A stretch of 64,000 nucleotides of DNA from Eledone cirrhosa (Eukaryota), in the NCBI GenBank assembly GCA_964016885.1, contig OZ024741.1, positions 109,616,001 to 109,680,000 of the forward strand, written 5' to 3'. Under the pieces are notes generated by a model that saw only the letters and a program-made list of their open reading frames with translations, was not told where the DNA came from and ran no database searches. Positions 39,865 through 54,363 of the stretch are shown here, piece by piece. The translations under genes were made by a program, and so were the position numbers. Each line of letters begins with the position of its first letter. The stretch's first letter is position 1.

Positions 39865-40592
39865 AAGAATTAGTATATATACTAACATATATATACAGAT
39901 GCACACCTATGCCAGCAAATATATAGGTTTTGTCTTAGTAACTTTGTGGTTCAAACATGGGGATGCAGAACAATAATATAAGAGACGTAAAATAAGAAAA
40001 TTATAAAAATTAACTTACTTACTAAAATTTCACTCCAACTAATTAGTTTCTGAAAGGGAATAAACAGAGTTTCCGAAGAAACGTACGGAGAAGCCTTTCG
40101 TCATCAGCGAAGTCTATTCTCGGCTAAGTTTCCAGGCAATACGTGGACACTGGGAACTTATACAAAAATAATTCAGTGGATGGAAAAAAGCAAAGCGTGG
40201 ACTAAGTTCCAAGCCATTGAAAAAATCACTGCCTACTGCGTCGGTGGCAAATTCAAAAGAATCAATCACGTGACATCGAGGTCAATCAGTGAAGAGTGGT
40301 TTGTTAAGAAGACAGCAGCCTAACTGTTTGCCACCGACGCAGTAGGCAGTGATTTTTTCAATGGCTTGGAACTTAGTCCACGCTTTGCTTTTTTCCATCC
40401 ACTGAATTATTTTTGTATAAGTTCCCAGTGTCCACGTATTGCCTGGAAACTTAGCTGAAAATAGACTTCCCTGATGACGAAAGGCTTCTCCGTACGTTTC
40501 TTCGGAAACTATGTTTATTCCCTTTCAGAAACTAATTAGTTGGAGTGAAATTTTAGTAAGTAAGTTAATTTTTATAATTTTCTTATTTTACG

Positions 40593-40600
<8 letters not shown>
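39860..40600 (-). mobile_element. Largest tail + fold-back insert in (TA)n
   Basis: ~270-bp near-perfect arms 39981-40251 / 40327-40597, ~75-bp loop, ~120-bp tail. Confidence 0.92.
40467..40545 (+). ncRNA. Type I hammerhead ribozyme with extended stem II
   Basis: uucc CUGAUGA cgaaagg...ccuuuca GAAAC UAAUUA GUU ggag; mirror copy at 40033-40111(-). Confidence 0.75.
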
Positions 40601-40643
<43 letters not shown>

Positions 40644-41052
40644 ACGGCTATCTCCCATCGATTCCAATGGATAAGGATACAAGCAAACTTTTCACTTCAT
40701 TTTTGAATGCTTATGTCAGTATGACATTTTAGACTTGCAAAGGATTTGCAAGCTAGTCCACAGATCTAGCAAAGGTGAGGTTTAATGGATAATGGTTTTG
40801 GTGTCTTTAATAATGCTTTTATTACCCCTCTTGCTTCTTGTAGCCTATGGGTGCAAGCGGACTTGAAGTTTCTTATTACATTCTGTCACACAGATCTCCA
40901 GTCTTTCGCTCCAAAGCCACTTGCTCAAATGTCTCATAATGTACAATAATTATACTGTTTCCATAGTTTAGGCTTCTTATGCGTGTGCTCCAAATGAATT
41001 TGTTAAATAAATTGTAAACAACGATATCAAAATCACTGGATTCCTATCTAAA

Positions 41053-41190
41053 CCTCCCGCCGAGGTTAACTTTGCCTTTCATCCTTACGGGGTCGATAAA
41101 ATAAAGTACCAGTCACGCACTGGGGTCGATTTAATCGACTTTCCTCTCCATCGAAATTGCTGGCCTTGTGCCTAAATAAGAAACTATTAT
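41053..41190 (+). mobile_element. 5'-truncated SINE
   Basis: Close match to the reverse complement of 5595-5725. Confidence 0.85.
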
Positions 41191-41719
41191 AATTAACTCC
41201 CAAAATGTATTCTTTAATAATGGTCGAGTGCTTCTTATTTATGAAGTCATGCTGCTATACTAAGCAGCTCAAATATTCTTTATACAAGCTAAAATCCGTA
41301 TTATGCAGAGCATTATTTATTCAAAATATTATTTTTGATTCAGTACTTAAATATGTTACTATTAAGATTAATAACATAGCAAGCAAAAGAATATATTTAA
41401 GGATAATTGTCCATACTCTAGTTTCACCATGATTACGAATACCAGCTAATTAACATAATTAGCCGATCAAGACTACAATGATCTTCAGTATACTGGTTTT
41501 AAGATATACTAATTAATAGCCATTTCAAGAAAACCTCCAATGAATTTTCTTGTGTTGGAAATAATCTTAAGACTGGATAGCTATTATAGCTATAAGGAAA
41601 ACGTAAGGTTATGAACTCCATGTGGTTTTTCTATATTTATTCAGTATAAATTTAAATAGCTATTAATGAGAAGATATTTGAAGCTAGAAAGAGCTTACAA
41701 GATCGTCAAAAAATTAAAT

Positions 41720-42330
41720 AACTCTTTTACCTGTTGTAGCCATCCGGCTGAGGCCATGCTGGGGCACCGCCCTTCTTGCTACGCGTTCTATCTCCAGCCT
41801 GTGTTGGCTGGCCATTGGTGTATAGGGGAGTTCGTTGCTGCTGCCCTTAGATTACCTTCGTACCGTGCTGTGAGCTCAACTGGGATCCTGGATACCAGAG
41901 TGTCAAGATGTTTCTTATCTAGTCCTTATTCTAGATGTGACGTCCTGACAGTCTCGTCCTGTTCGGGGCTTGGTCCAGCTCTCAATGCCAAAGTTTGGTG
42001 CTAGTCCCTCCAGGATTTTCCATATGTATATCACTGCGTATCTCTCCCATCTTCGCTCTAAGGAGTAGAGTTTCAGTCCTTTTAGCATCTCCCAGTAGCT
42101 CATTTCCTTCATTGTGGCAATCCTCTTGGTGCAGCTTCGTTGGATTGCCTCAAGCTCCGTAGTTAGTTTGATACTATGGGGTGACCGCAACTGGGAGGAG
42201 TAGTCAAGTCGGTTTAGGACAAATATCCTCCATAGTATCAATATGGTCTCTCGGTCTCTTATACGAAAAGTCCTCAAGATCCAGCCAGCGAGCCGTCTAC
42301 ACATTGTCGCTACCCTCATGATGTGTGAGA
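41720..42330 (-). pseudogene. CR1-like LINE 3' fragment
   Basis: GWILRTF...[10 protein letters not shown]...LEAIQR...SYWE.LK.LKLYSLERR.ERY..IYIWKILEGL, a typical CR1-group C-terminus. Confidence 0.85.
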
Positions 42331-42371
42331 GAAAAAGATGCATCGTCGCTCATGTCTATCCACAGGCCACG

Positions 42372-42407
<36 letters not shown>

Positions 42408-42432
42408 TTAATTTATTCAAATGTATTATTAT

Positions 42433-42524
<92 letters not shown>

Positions 42525-42531
<7 letters not shown>

Positions 42532-42631
42532 ACGATTCAGGAGCTCGATCCGAACTAACCACTCTACTACCCCAAGTATCGAGTACTCTGGTGCGTTATG
42601 GTCCACCTGGTATCTTACCACACCCTCTTTG

Positions 42632-42635
<4 letters not shown>
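42525..42635 (+). mobile_element. Family A tail fragment in opposite orientation
   Basis: ccactctactacccc...gtactctggtgcgttatggtccacctgg is the reverse complement of the tails at 27610 and 34960. Confidence 0.8.
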
Positions 42636-42696
<61 letters not shown>

Positions 42697-42944
42697 TTAG
42701 CTTCCCGCCGCCAGGTAAAGTTTGTAAATCGGTGGCTAGTTGAGAGATAGAATCTTATCGGGTGCCAGTTGCTAATCGTTTTACCGTGTCAGTCGTCACA
42801 AACAGTCATGACAGACATGGGCTGGTGTTCGGATTCTGTCGATCGATTGGTTATTGATTAGGCGATACCTGCTGATGAAGCCGCATAAGCCGATTGTGCA
42901 TTGTTGCATAATATTGTGCATTGTTGCATAATATTGTGCATTGT

Positions 42945-43002
<58 letters not shown>

Positions 43003-43156
43003 TGGTTACACAATATATATATATAAGTGGTTACACAACAGTTAGTTCACCATACTGAGAACAATTGTTTCACCTTAGCGGATCATATATGTATGTATAT
43101 ATATTATTCTTTTACTCTTTTACCTGTTCTAGCCATCCGGCTATATATATATATAT

Positions 43157-43386
<230 letters not shown>

Positions 43387-43844
43387 TGTGTGTGTATATA
43401 TATACAAAGAGAATGAGATATTGCGATATATTGCCAAATATATCTACAAAAAAATGGATAGACAGTGTTAGTTCATAGGTCTGCTAAATCAAGGTTGACC
43501 TGGGGTTAAACGACGACAACACCAACAGACAGAAGCAAAACAGACACAACATACAACATTATATATCTGTATACAAAAGACTTGCAGACGTTAATATGGA
43601 AAACATCAATGGTTCTCTGGAGTTTGACCAAATCGTAGTCTCCTTGTTGAAAATCTTCCTTTAAACATAGCAGTCAGAGAGCAGTCTTCAAAGTAACAGC
43701 ATATACACACATATATTCACACAGACACACACACATACATACACACATACACAATGGCTATCTAAATATGTGTGTGTGTGTGTATTTGTAGCTATTTATA
43801 TATGTATCTATCTATCTATCAATCTCTCTCTATCTCTATCTCCC

Positions 43845-43875
<31 letters not shown>

Positions 43876-43893
43876 GTGTGTATATATATATAC

Positions 43894-43931
<38 letters not shown>

Positions 43932-44021
43932 ACAAAAGTTTATTTCATATATATATATACATCTACATATAAACTTATGTTTTTCGTTTATATACACATT
44001 GTAGTTATATACACTTATTTA

Positions 44022-44152
<131 letters not shown>

Positions 44153-44189
44153 ATGTATATATATATATATATGTGTATGCGTGTGTGTG

Positions 44190-44248
<59 letters not shown>

Positions 44249-44303
44249 CTATATATATATTTACAGACGCACATAAAAACATGTGTGTATATGTGCGTAT
44301 GTG

Positions 44304-44359
<56 letters not shown>

Positions 44360-44827
44360 GTAGCCCATTTAGACGAGTTCCAGCTAGCCTTCTCAACACT
44401 GATGACTGTTCTTTCGCAAGGGGTGCAACTTAAAGAGATGATGGGGAAGCAGCGTGTAGTCATCAATTTGAACGATTATAGCACTTTGGTAGGGTAGGGT
44501 TGTTAAGGTGGAGTATAGCGGGGTTGTCATAGCGACGCCAGTGTGTCTAATTAGAGTTCTCCCCAGAATCTCATCCATCGCCTGGACAGTTTCACAGGAG
44601 AGAAGTCTGAGACATTAGCCAATAGCTGTTTTGTAAGAGAGAGTTATACAGTAAAGATGATTAGTGATAGTAATAGAGAGACGGGGTGTGTAGAGATAGA
44701 TAGAGAAAGAATGAAAGAATGACAGAGAGTGAACAGAGGTAGATGTATGGAGAGAGCAGAATGGATATAGAAAGATATAAAGACAGACAGAAAGAGGAAG
44801 AAAATGGCAAGGAGCTTGCATACAGAG

Positions 44828-44894
<67 letters not shown>

Positions 44895-44897
44895 ATA

Positions 44898-44940
<43 letters not shown>

Positions 44941-45377
44941 TCACACACATTCTGTAGGCAAGATCCTGTATGTATATATATATTGAATATATTTAACTTA
45001 AAGTAAACGGCTTCAACGTATGTTTTTTTCTATGCAAAAGAGTCTAAGAAGTTGAAGACATAAATCCAGCTTGCTTGTTCTACTATTTTTATGACGCGTC
45101 GCTCCGTTTAACATTGGACCCCTATCACCACAATTTCAGATATGCATACAAACAACATTCCCATACGAATATTTGCGGTCACAGTTTCGCAGACGTAAAT
45201 TTCTACATCGATCTGTAGGGATTTCTCGATGAGTACAGCATTCATTTAAAGCACTAAGTAGCTGGAATGTAAAGCCATGCATATATATAACACTGTCTCT
45301 AGTTTGGAAATAGTATACACACATATGTATATACACCCGTACACATATAACAACCCGATATACATACATACACACGC

Positions 45378-45448
<71 letters not shown>

Positions 45449-45598
45449 AAAATACAAAGATGTGTGTATATATGTATCGAAACTCTAGTAATCCACAGAA
45501 AATAGCCGATGAGCGGGAATTGTCCTTGTGCTTGTGTTTTCACCCACGTTTTCTAAATATTAATATTTAATGATAAGCTTCTCTCTTTCTTTCTTAAT

Positions 45599-45690
<92 letters not shown>

Positions 45691-45920
45691 ATATTTTTCA
45701 ATTATTTTGTTTGACCTGTTTGACTTGCCTCGATTTTTGGCTTAGGTGCTTGACGGCTTCTTGACCGCCGTCTCAGTTTCTTTGGCCTCTATAACCTATG
45801 TTTATTGCTCTAGTCTTTATTTGGTCCATGGAGCGCTTGCCAGCATAGCTCTGATATTGCGTTTCGCTTTGTTTTCGACCACAGCCGAAATACGAATCTC
45901 GCTGAAATTATATTAATATA

Positions 45921-46007
<87 letters not shown>

Positions 46008-46015
46008 CACACACA

Positions 46016-46094
<79 letters not shown>

Positions 46095-46149
46095 CTATTT
46101 TTTGTATTTGTTTTGCAAGACGCTTGATGTAAAACCGTGTATTAAAATA

Positions 46150-46585
46150 GGTTTGTTTATATTTGAGGACAGTCATGTTGCCAAAATTGCTAATAAAATA
46201 CACTCGCACTAATTGATTTTCGCTTCAACTCTATTATTCGTCACACATTTTATGACCTCCTCAATAACTATTTGTTTTCCTGTGTGCCTAATCTTCTTTC
46301 TGCTTTTATTTTATTTACTCAATCTAGTCGTTTTTTGCTACGCCTCCCTGTCTGTGCAAGCATTTGCGTCTGCGCATGTGTCTTCAGTCTTTAGCTGTTG
46401 GGGGTGCGGATGTTACAATTCATTTCGTGTTTTCTGTTGAAGTTCGGCCAACATTCTATTATATGTGTGATTTGTCTGATCATTGCATCGTTTCTCTGTG
46501 GATAGGATATTTATCTTAATGCTATCTATTAAGCTCTGATGTTCTAATGTTGGTGTAGCACTGACTTTCGTTTTATTTTCATTGT
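46150..46585 (-). mobile_element. Decayed PLE 3' fragment
   Basis: HRNDAMIRQIT-like GIY-YIG C-terminus, decayed hammerhead (46238-46268) and terminus, all similar to 61430-61990. Confidence 0.7.
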
Positions 46586-46599
46586 TCAAAACACACACG

Positions 46600-46715
<116 letters not shown>

Positions 46716-47057
46716 CACATACACATGTGAATATAGATGTAGATGCGTGTTTTGGTGGTTTGGGGAGAAAATATAATTATTGGAGAGAGCATGCCCGCTC
46801 CTCCACTTCCTCCACTACTGAACATTAAAAACAATTATGCCCTGTGCCCTTTCCTAAATGAATAATATATCGAGCTTCTTCGCATTTCGTAAAAAACTGG
46901 TATTATACCCAATTTATTCATTTCCTATGTATATATATATAGAGAGAGAGGTAGAACAGTGGAAGGTAATATCCGTAGTGATAGAGCACTCAGTCCATGG
47001 GACGAGTTAGGTAGAAGTGGTAACACTAGTAACACTGTTCCGTATAACCATGTCCAT

Positions 47058-47100
47058 TACGAGCTGAAGATCCGCTAAGGTGAAACAATTGTTCTCGGTA
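47058..47100 (+). ncRNA. Minimal type I hammerhead ribozyme, core intact
   Basis: cgag CUGAAGA uccgcuaaggu GAAAC AAUU GUU cucg; perfect stem I and palindromic stem III; truncated copy at 43035-43084(-). Confidence 0.8.
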
Positions 47101-47105
47101 TGGTG

Positions 47106-47194
<89 letters not shown>

Positions 47195-47230
47195 GAGAGG
47201 GGGGGAGAGAGAGAGAAAGAGAGAGAGATT

Positions 47231-47360
47231 CATTTATTATGGCTATTGGTGAGCTTTGTTACTCTAAAGTTTCACCTGCACACTCACAGCATCACCAGTC
47301 TTGTCTGGTGAGTACGTAGGTGAGTAACTCCAGAGTAACAAGGTTCAGCCATAATAAATG
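47231..47360. repeat. Small fold-back of a decayed hammerhead
   Basis: cuugu CUGGUGA...GUA acaag on the right arm; GAAAC uuuaga GUA on the left arm (minus). Confidence 0.7.
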
Positions 47361-47749
47361 GCTATTTAGACTCTATTTCAGTATTGAGTTAACACGTTCG
47401 TTCATTCTTACGTCCGTTAATAATTCACGTACTCTCAGATCTTGAATAATCATCCCGACCCCAGGCTTATTGTTTTGTTAGATTGTTATTATACCCCCAA
47501 CCCCAACCCCACCCGCTTATTAAATTTTACTAATCTATCTCCGGTGAAATTTTATAGTAAGTGATGCATATTGATAGAGCAGCTGGAGAATTTAATAATA
47601 ATTTCATTTTACATAAAAAAAAACATTAAAAAGAAACATTACAAGAAATCCCATATTTACGAACGTACACTATACAGTTACTGATTTCCCAAGCCCCTTC
47701 CACCTTTATTGCCATCTCTCCTATTATGTTGGACCCAAGAATGCCACCA

Positions 47750-48166
47750 AACTCTTCCCCTCTCTATGTCTATCACACGAAACTCTCTTTTAATCCCCCT
47801 CTCTATATCTACTAAAACAAAACTCTACCCCTCTATATCTACCACGACACCGCCTCTCTTATCCCACTCTCTATATCTAAGACTAATACACTCTCTCACT
47901 CTCTATAAATATCTAGACTTATCTCTCCCAATCCCCCTCTGTATATCAATCCCCCATAAACTCTCTCTATATATATATCTAATACATGGAACTCTCTACC
48001 AATATCCCTCCCTATATCAATTAACACCAAACTCTCCCATTCTCTATACTACCCGGAACTCTCTTCCCGTACCCCTCTCCACATTAATAAACATCAATCT
48101 CTCACCTTCTCTATATCTAATATACAACACACTCTCTCAACCTTCCTCTCTATATCAATTACCACT
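47750..48166. repeat. CT-rich minisatellite (ccctctctatatc), continues at 53814-53950
   Basis: Recurring units on both sides of Tx1 copy 2. Confidence 0.75.
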
Positions 48167-48353
48167 TGATACAGACGTGATTTACTTTGCTCCGGATTTT
48201 TACGGATTGTTGTCAAAAAAACTGTGAGTTTATTGCTCAATTTAATAACATTGTTTAGTTTAACCCCTTGCCTGGGCCGTCAGACGTTGATTCAACTAAT
48301 TTTCGCCCCTTTCTGGGGCAGAATTTTTCAATTTTCATCTAAAAACTGTAGAC

Positions 48354-50133
48354 TTGGTGGCAATGGATGCTGTCGTGAGTGCCACGCCCACTAAGAAAAG
48401 TGGTGGAGGGAAGGTAGGAGTACAAAGCTTACAGCCTTCCCCCCTCGCATCATCGAAAAACGTGAAAAATATCGAAACCACGAAACCAAACCCGGTAAAT
48501 AATACCAGCACCAACAACAAAAACAATGACAATAACACCACAACCAACAACTGCAACAATAGCAACACCAATATTACCAACAGTGACAGTAACAAAAAAG
48601 ACAACAACACCAAAACAACATTCGCACAGACCGTAAAAAAAAACGAACTATACACGCCAATAGACATAACAAATGCTAAACAACTATTACAAGACGCAAA
48701 ACAATTCGTGACTTTTGGCGAAAGCGGTGCTTTTAGCATCAATTCTCCACAGGAATTACGCAGAGAGGCTGTCCTGAAAACAGTGGTTTTCAGGACAATA
48801 TCGAACGTAACAAGAAGACCAGCTCAATTATCACAAAATGAAATTGTGCTGGTTCTAAAAGATGCAATGAAGGACTTAACCTTCATACAAAAAGGTAAAC
48901 TGTTTGGTAGCATTTCGGTGCTAATGAACAACCAGTCAACAGCTCAAAAGTACTCGGTAGCACCCATTGTGTCCCCCCCCCCTGCTTCACCTTTTACCCC
49001 ACATACAGGGGAAAAAGGACACAAAGAATAAAAATAATGAGTATCACACCAAATGTAAATATTTGGTGGATACTATGTGGAATAATTAACTTTGACGAAG
49101 ACAAGATAATTTCAATAGGAAAGTCCTCCGGAGGTGTATTTGGTGGGACCACCGTAGAAGTTCTGGTGCAAATGAGCCCAGAACGAATAGCGAATATCCC
49201 ACAACGCGTGACTCTGGACGGGCTAACTTATATAAACATTTCAGTGGAGGGAAGGCGGCCGTCATGTTACCACTGCTTAAGCAGGGGTCACCTGAGGGCT
49301 GCCTGTCCTCAATTAACGAGTCAAAAAAAAAGGCTCTTCTGCCAACCCCAAACACAACAACACAACCACCACCACCACCACCACCACCACCACAACAACA
49401 ACAACGCGGAAAAATAACAACACAAAACACTGTTCCACCCAACCCCTCCCCACCTAAAACAAATACAAAAGCAACCACAACAAAACCCCAAAATATACCC
49501 CTCCCCAACAACACGGAAGAGGACTCCGTATCAACGTCACCCAGTGACGACGAGGGAGAACCCTTTGAACAGGTGAAAAGGAAAAAAAAAAGGCACCACA
49601 TTAACAAAAATGCCACAAACACACGACCACCAGCACAAACAGAACAAACATCACAAATAAAAAACCCCACCCCTCTCCAAAACATAACACATACTACAAA
49701 ACGCAAACACGCACAAGAGCAACAAACAAAAACAAACACAACACAACAAAAACTCTATACATACATTAACAAAAACAATAAAACGTTGATGAAAGCGATA
49801 GAAAATAACCCTTCGGGGGGAACCGAAGGGATCACTTTCACCTACGCAGCGAACAAACCGCACCTAATGATGATTAGAGTCCCAACGGAAACCTATGTAA
49901 CTTTGAAAAAGAACCATCCAATGCATGTGGGGACCAACTGCACCAAACCACATAACAGCGTCCTATTGAGATGTTTCCCCACCCTCACACCAGACACCCA
50001 CACCCCACCAAACACCCTAATCCCACCACACACTGATGTCCTCACCCCACCACAAACCACCACCCCACCAAACAACCCTTCCAACACCCCCATGGAAATT
50101 GTGCAGCCTGGTCCCCAGGAGACGAAGAGGTAA
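48354..50133 (+). pseudogene. ORF1 gag-like, frameshifted
   Basis: Three ORF pieces; zinc knuckle CYHCLSRGHLRAAC; shifts fall near homopolymers (C-run ~48973, A-run ~49323), so may be assembly errors. Confidence 0.85.
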
Positions 50134-50175
50134 GTAATTTCCTTTCCTCTTCCTTTTTACCTCTTCAGCACCAAC

Positions 50176-53100
50176 ATGGCCAATATAAGAGTTGGATGTG
50201 TGAATGCACGCGGCTTGGGGATGTCCTGGAAACAGGGCAAACTCTTAAATGACCTCAGGTCGCACAGTGGATGTAATGGTTATTTGCGAGTCCAGGATCA
50301 GCAGCGAGCGCCAACTGGCCCCCATCTTCGACGACTTTGAGATCTACGCATCTCTCTGTCAGCCGAGGGGTGGGGGTGGGATTGTCGTTCTGCTGCGAAA
50401 ATACCTGGGTCTTACCACACAGAAGGTACACCTGGACCCGGAGGGTCGACTGGTGGTTTTAGACGTCGGCAGTGGTGAAGGTGGAGCTTTCAGGCTGGTG
50501 GCAGCGTATGCCCCATCTGGGACACCGCGACCGGACTTCTTCCGACGCCTGGAGAATTTCCTGGGAACGTCTCGCTCCTTGCTTTTAGTGGGGGGACTGG
50601 AATGGTATCCTGGATGCACGTTGGGACTATGTAGGGGCATGTCCCGATAGAGGGGGGGTGTAACAGCCTCAAACGATTAATCGGCCGATTTGATCTGGCC
50701 GATAGATATCGACTGGATTTTCCGACTGTGCCACGGTGGACGTGGAGTAATCGCAGCGCAACATCCAGGTCGTACCTAGATAGGTTCCTAGTTAGAAATA
50801 AGGATAGGGACATATTAAGCTGTCCACGAATGTTCATGGTTGACTATTCGGATCACAAGTTGTTGACCGGAGTGGTCAACCTTGATAGAACTCATAGACA
50901 GGGACCCGGTTACTGGAAGCTAAACTTGTCTTTACCGACAAACAAAGCTTACAGTAAGCGGATTAGCACACTAGTTAAGCAGCGTTTGACAGGGGCAATT
51001 GTCAACAACAGGTGGTGGGGCTCTCTCAAGAGAGAAATTAGAATAGAATCGATAGGTTTTAGTCGGGAATTAGCATCAGATAGGAATAGAACTAAAAGGG
51101 AATTAACAAATAGAGTAAAAGAGGCGATTAGGAGTGGCAACGTGGCCGGCGTGGTGGCGTCAAGAATGGCCCTAGACCAGTTCTTTGATGCGAAGCACGA
51201 GGGCTGCGTTGTCAGGAGTAAAATACGTGCGCTGGGTAAAGCTGTTAGCTGGGCCCGAGTGACAAAGGCAAAAAGTGGAAACAAGTCCACGATTCGGTCT
51301 TTGAAGGACCAGGATGGACGCGTGATCCTTGAACCTGAGCGGATGAGCGCGGCCTTTCAACGGCGCTTTGCACGACTGTTCGGGAGGGGCGGCGGGCCGG
51401 GTGGGGCCATGGATTTCGGTCCATACCTCGATGGTCTGGCGCGGCTCTCGGACGGGGAGGTGAAGTCCTGCGAGAGGCCGATTTCAGCCGCTGAAATAGG
51501 GGAAGCGCTGAGCCAATGCGGCAAACGCAAATCTCCGGGTCTCGATGGTCTAACCATACGAACTTTATGTAGCGATGTCGGGCTTGTTCTCCGGTCTCCT
51601 CGAGGCGGTCTACTGCAACTGGCAACAGAACGGGAGAATTCCCAGTTCTGTGACCAAGGGCGTAGTCACGCTGGTGAGGAAGGACGAGAACAAGGGGGAT
51701 AACATAGATAACTTCAGGCCCATAACTCTGCTAAACACAGAGTTAAAGATTTTGGCCAAGGTGTTAGCGAAGAGGTTGGCGCTTGTCGTCGGGAACCTGG
51801 TGGGAGAAGCGCAGACATGCGCAATACCGACCAGGTCCATACACGACAACCTCCACCTCATGCGATACATCGTAGAGAGGGTAGGGAACGAACCCGGCTC
51901 TGGTGGGGCCCTGATCAACTTGGATCAATCTAAAGCGTTCGATAGGGTTGACCATCGGTACCTGGATGCGGTGCTAGCGGCGGCAGGCTTCGGACCCGTT
52001 TTCAGGGCCTGGATTGCTGCAATGCACAGCAGCAACACCAGCTCGATGGTCAAGGTGAACGGCTACCTCTCGGAGCCGTTCCAATCACGCGATCCATTCG
52101 ACGGGGATGCCCTCTCTCCTCACTCCCGTATGTGCTGGCTCTCGAGCCACTACTGAGGAAGCTGGAGCTGTTGCAGGGCATCCCCTTGGAACCGGGATTG
52201 CGGAAAGCGGTGTCGGCCTACGCCGATGACTTGACAGTAATGGTGTCGTGCGCCTCGGAAATCGGGCAGATCGGCACCTTACTGGAGGAATATGAAAGGT
52301 TCACAGGAGCCAAGCTGAACCAGGACAAGTCCGTCGGCTTGCAACTCGGGACGTGGAGGGGCAAAACGATGCCCTCCGACGGCATCGTCGGACGCTGGAC
52401 GGAGGGACCGGTGAAGCTGCTCGGGGTCTGGTTCGGACCGGAACTCCAGGTGGAGAAAAACTGGGACGAGGTAACGGGCAAGGTGTTTGCACTCGCCCAG
52501 AAGTGGGCCGAGTGCAAACTATCCCTGAAAGGTCGAGCGGAGGTGGCGAACGCTTATATAGCGTCCGTCATCTACTACCGCTTGACCGTCGTGCCTTGCC
52601 CAGAGAAAACACTCGCCAAATTGGAGCGCGCGCTCTTCCGATTTCTTTGGAAGAAGCGGGCTCCTTTGGTGAGAAGATCCATCTGCTGTCAACACCCTTC
52701 GAACGGAGGGCTGGGGATGCCGTGGCTGACGATGCGTAGACACGCATTAAGGCTACGGCACCTCCAGGTATTCCTCACCGGTCAGCCGGTGTGGGCCCTG
52801 TTTGTGAGGCGAGCCTTTCCGAGACTCGTCTCACTCACCGAGCTGCAATCCTGGGTCAAGCAAAGACCGAGAAAAGTGGGCGACTGGCACATTGAATGTG
52901 CCCAGGCGCTCACGGCCCTCTGGCAAGCGGATCCGGCAATCAGTGGAGACTCAACCTCAACATTCTATAGAGGGTTGGTGCGCAGTAAGTGCGACGACGC
53001 TCTCGGAGAGGCTCTGGGCATGGAGGAGGACGAGCTGGCCAGTCTGTTCGGTAGGACGTTTGGCCCGGGACCGATGGACAACTTCCAAAAGTCCCTGGCT

Positions 53101-53599
53101 TAGCAATGTTACCGAGGAGCTCTACCTGTTCGGGACAAGCTCTACAGACACGGGCGCCCGGGTAGGGACCCCTCGAAGAAGATCTGTCCAAGATGCGTGC
53201 GTGACGAGGAAACCGTCGCACACGCATTCGTACACTGCCCAGGCGTTGCTGACCTGTGGGGCTATGTAGAACGACAACTGTCGCGGGTGGGACCAATCCG
53301 GTTGACCACCGAGAACATTGTCACAATCAAACCGCCTCCCCCTTTCAAAAACGAAGGAGAGGCGGTTTTCCTCTGTGTGATAGCCATGGCGAAAGAAGTT
53401 GTATGGTGGACAAGGTTGAAAGGGCTGAGGTCAGACACCTTTCTCTCCGGCCAACAACTGGTCTTTTTTTTCAAGTACCACTTTAGAAGAAGGATCAGAA
53501 TGGAGAGAGGTGCTCTACCCCAGCAAGTTTTATGAAAGATGGGTGAAAGTAGCGAGAATGGCCCGAGTGAATGGGCCTTCTCTCTATATCAGCCTGTAG
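50176..53599 (+). pseudogene. ORF2 APE-RT with frameshifts and a stop
   Basis: MANIRVGCVNARGL, SYLDRFL..SDH, NFRPITLLN, DQSKAFDRVD, YADD, CPRC..ETVAHAFVHC. Confidence 0.92.
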
Positions 53600-54313
53600 G
53601 TGAGAGAGGAGAAGAATGAGCTCCTGAAGAGGAGGGTTGCACATTTTTTCGGGGGTGTGTGCGACCCATGTCAACGCCCCTCCCTATTGAGGACATCGAT
53701 TGTTAAATTTAATTTGTTATGTTTTTTACACGTCTTTTTAAATGTATGTAAACTCCCCCCTTTGTATTTGTCCCAATCTTTGATGCCCTGGTGGCAAATA
53801 AATAGAAATATATATCAATAGACATCAACCTCTCCCCCTCTCTATATCTAATATACAACACACTCTCCCAACCTTCCTCTCTATATCAATTACCGCTAAC
53901 CTTTCCCCCCTCTCTATATCTATATCCATCTCTCCCATATCTCTCTACATAACATGTACATAATTTGTAGCATCTATATATATAAAACTCGTGTTGTTTG
54001 TGTGTCCTCCTTTTTGCAAAGTCTATACAAATCCACATTTCTACTCCGATTGACTTCAAACTTACATTTATATATTCCTTGCGGTCTAAAGATATTAACT
54101 GCCGTTTTTTTTTCAATTTTCCGTTGTTAAAGGTCATACATATACAAACACATCTACACATATATAGATATACGCATATACACATATATAAATATACACA
54201 TAAAAATATATGTATATATACACACACACACACATATATATTTATATATATATATATATATATATACATACATACACACACACATATATATATATATATA
54301 TACATACACAAAT

Positions 54314-54362
<49 letters not shown>

Positions 54363-54363
<1 letters not shown>

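Larger units (their letters stand above)
48167..53813 (+). mobile_element. Tx1/L1-clade non-LTR retrotransposon, copy 2, full length but decayed
   Basis: ORF1 and ORF2 homologous to copy 1; 3' AATAAA at ~53797; ~83-bp flanking direct repeat. Confidence 0.93.
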
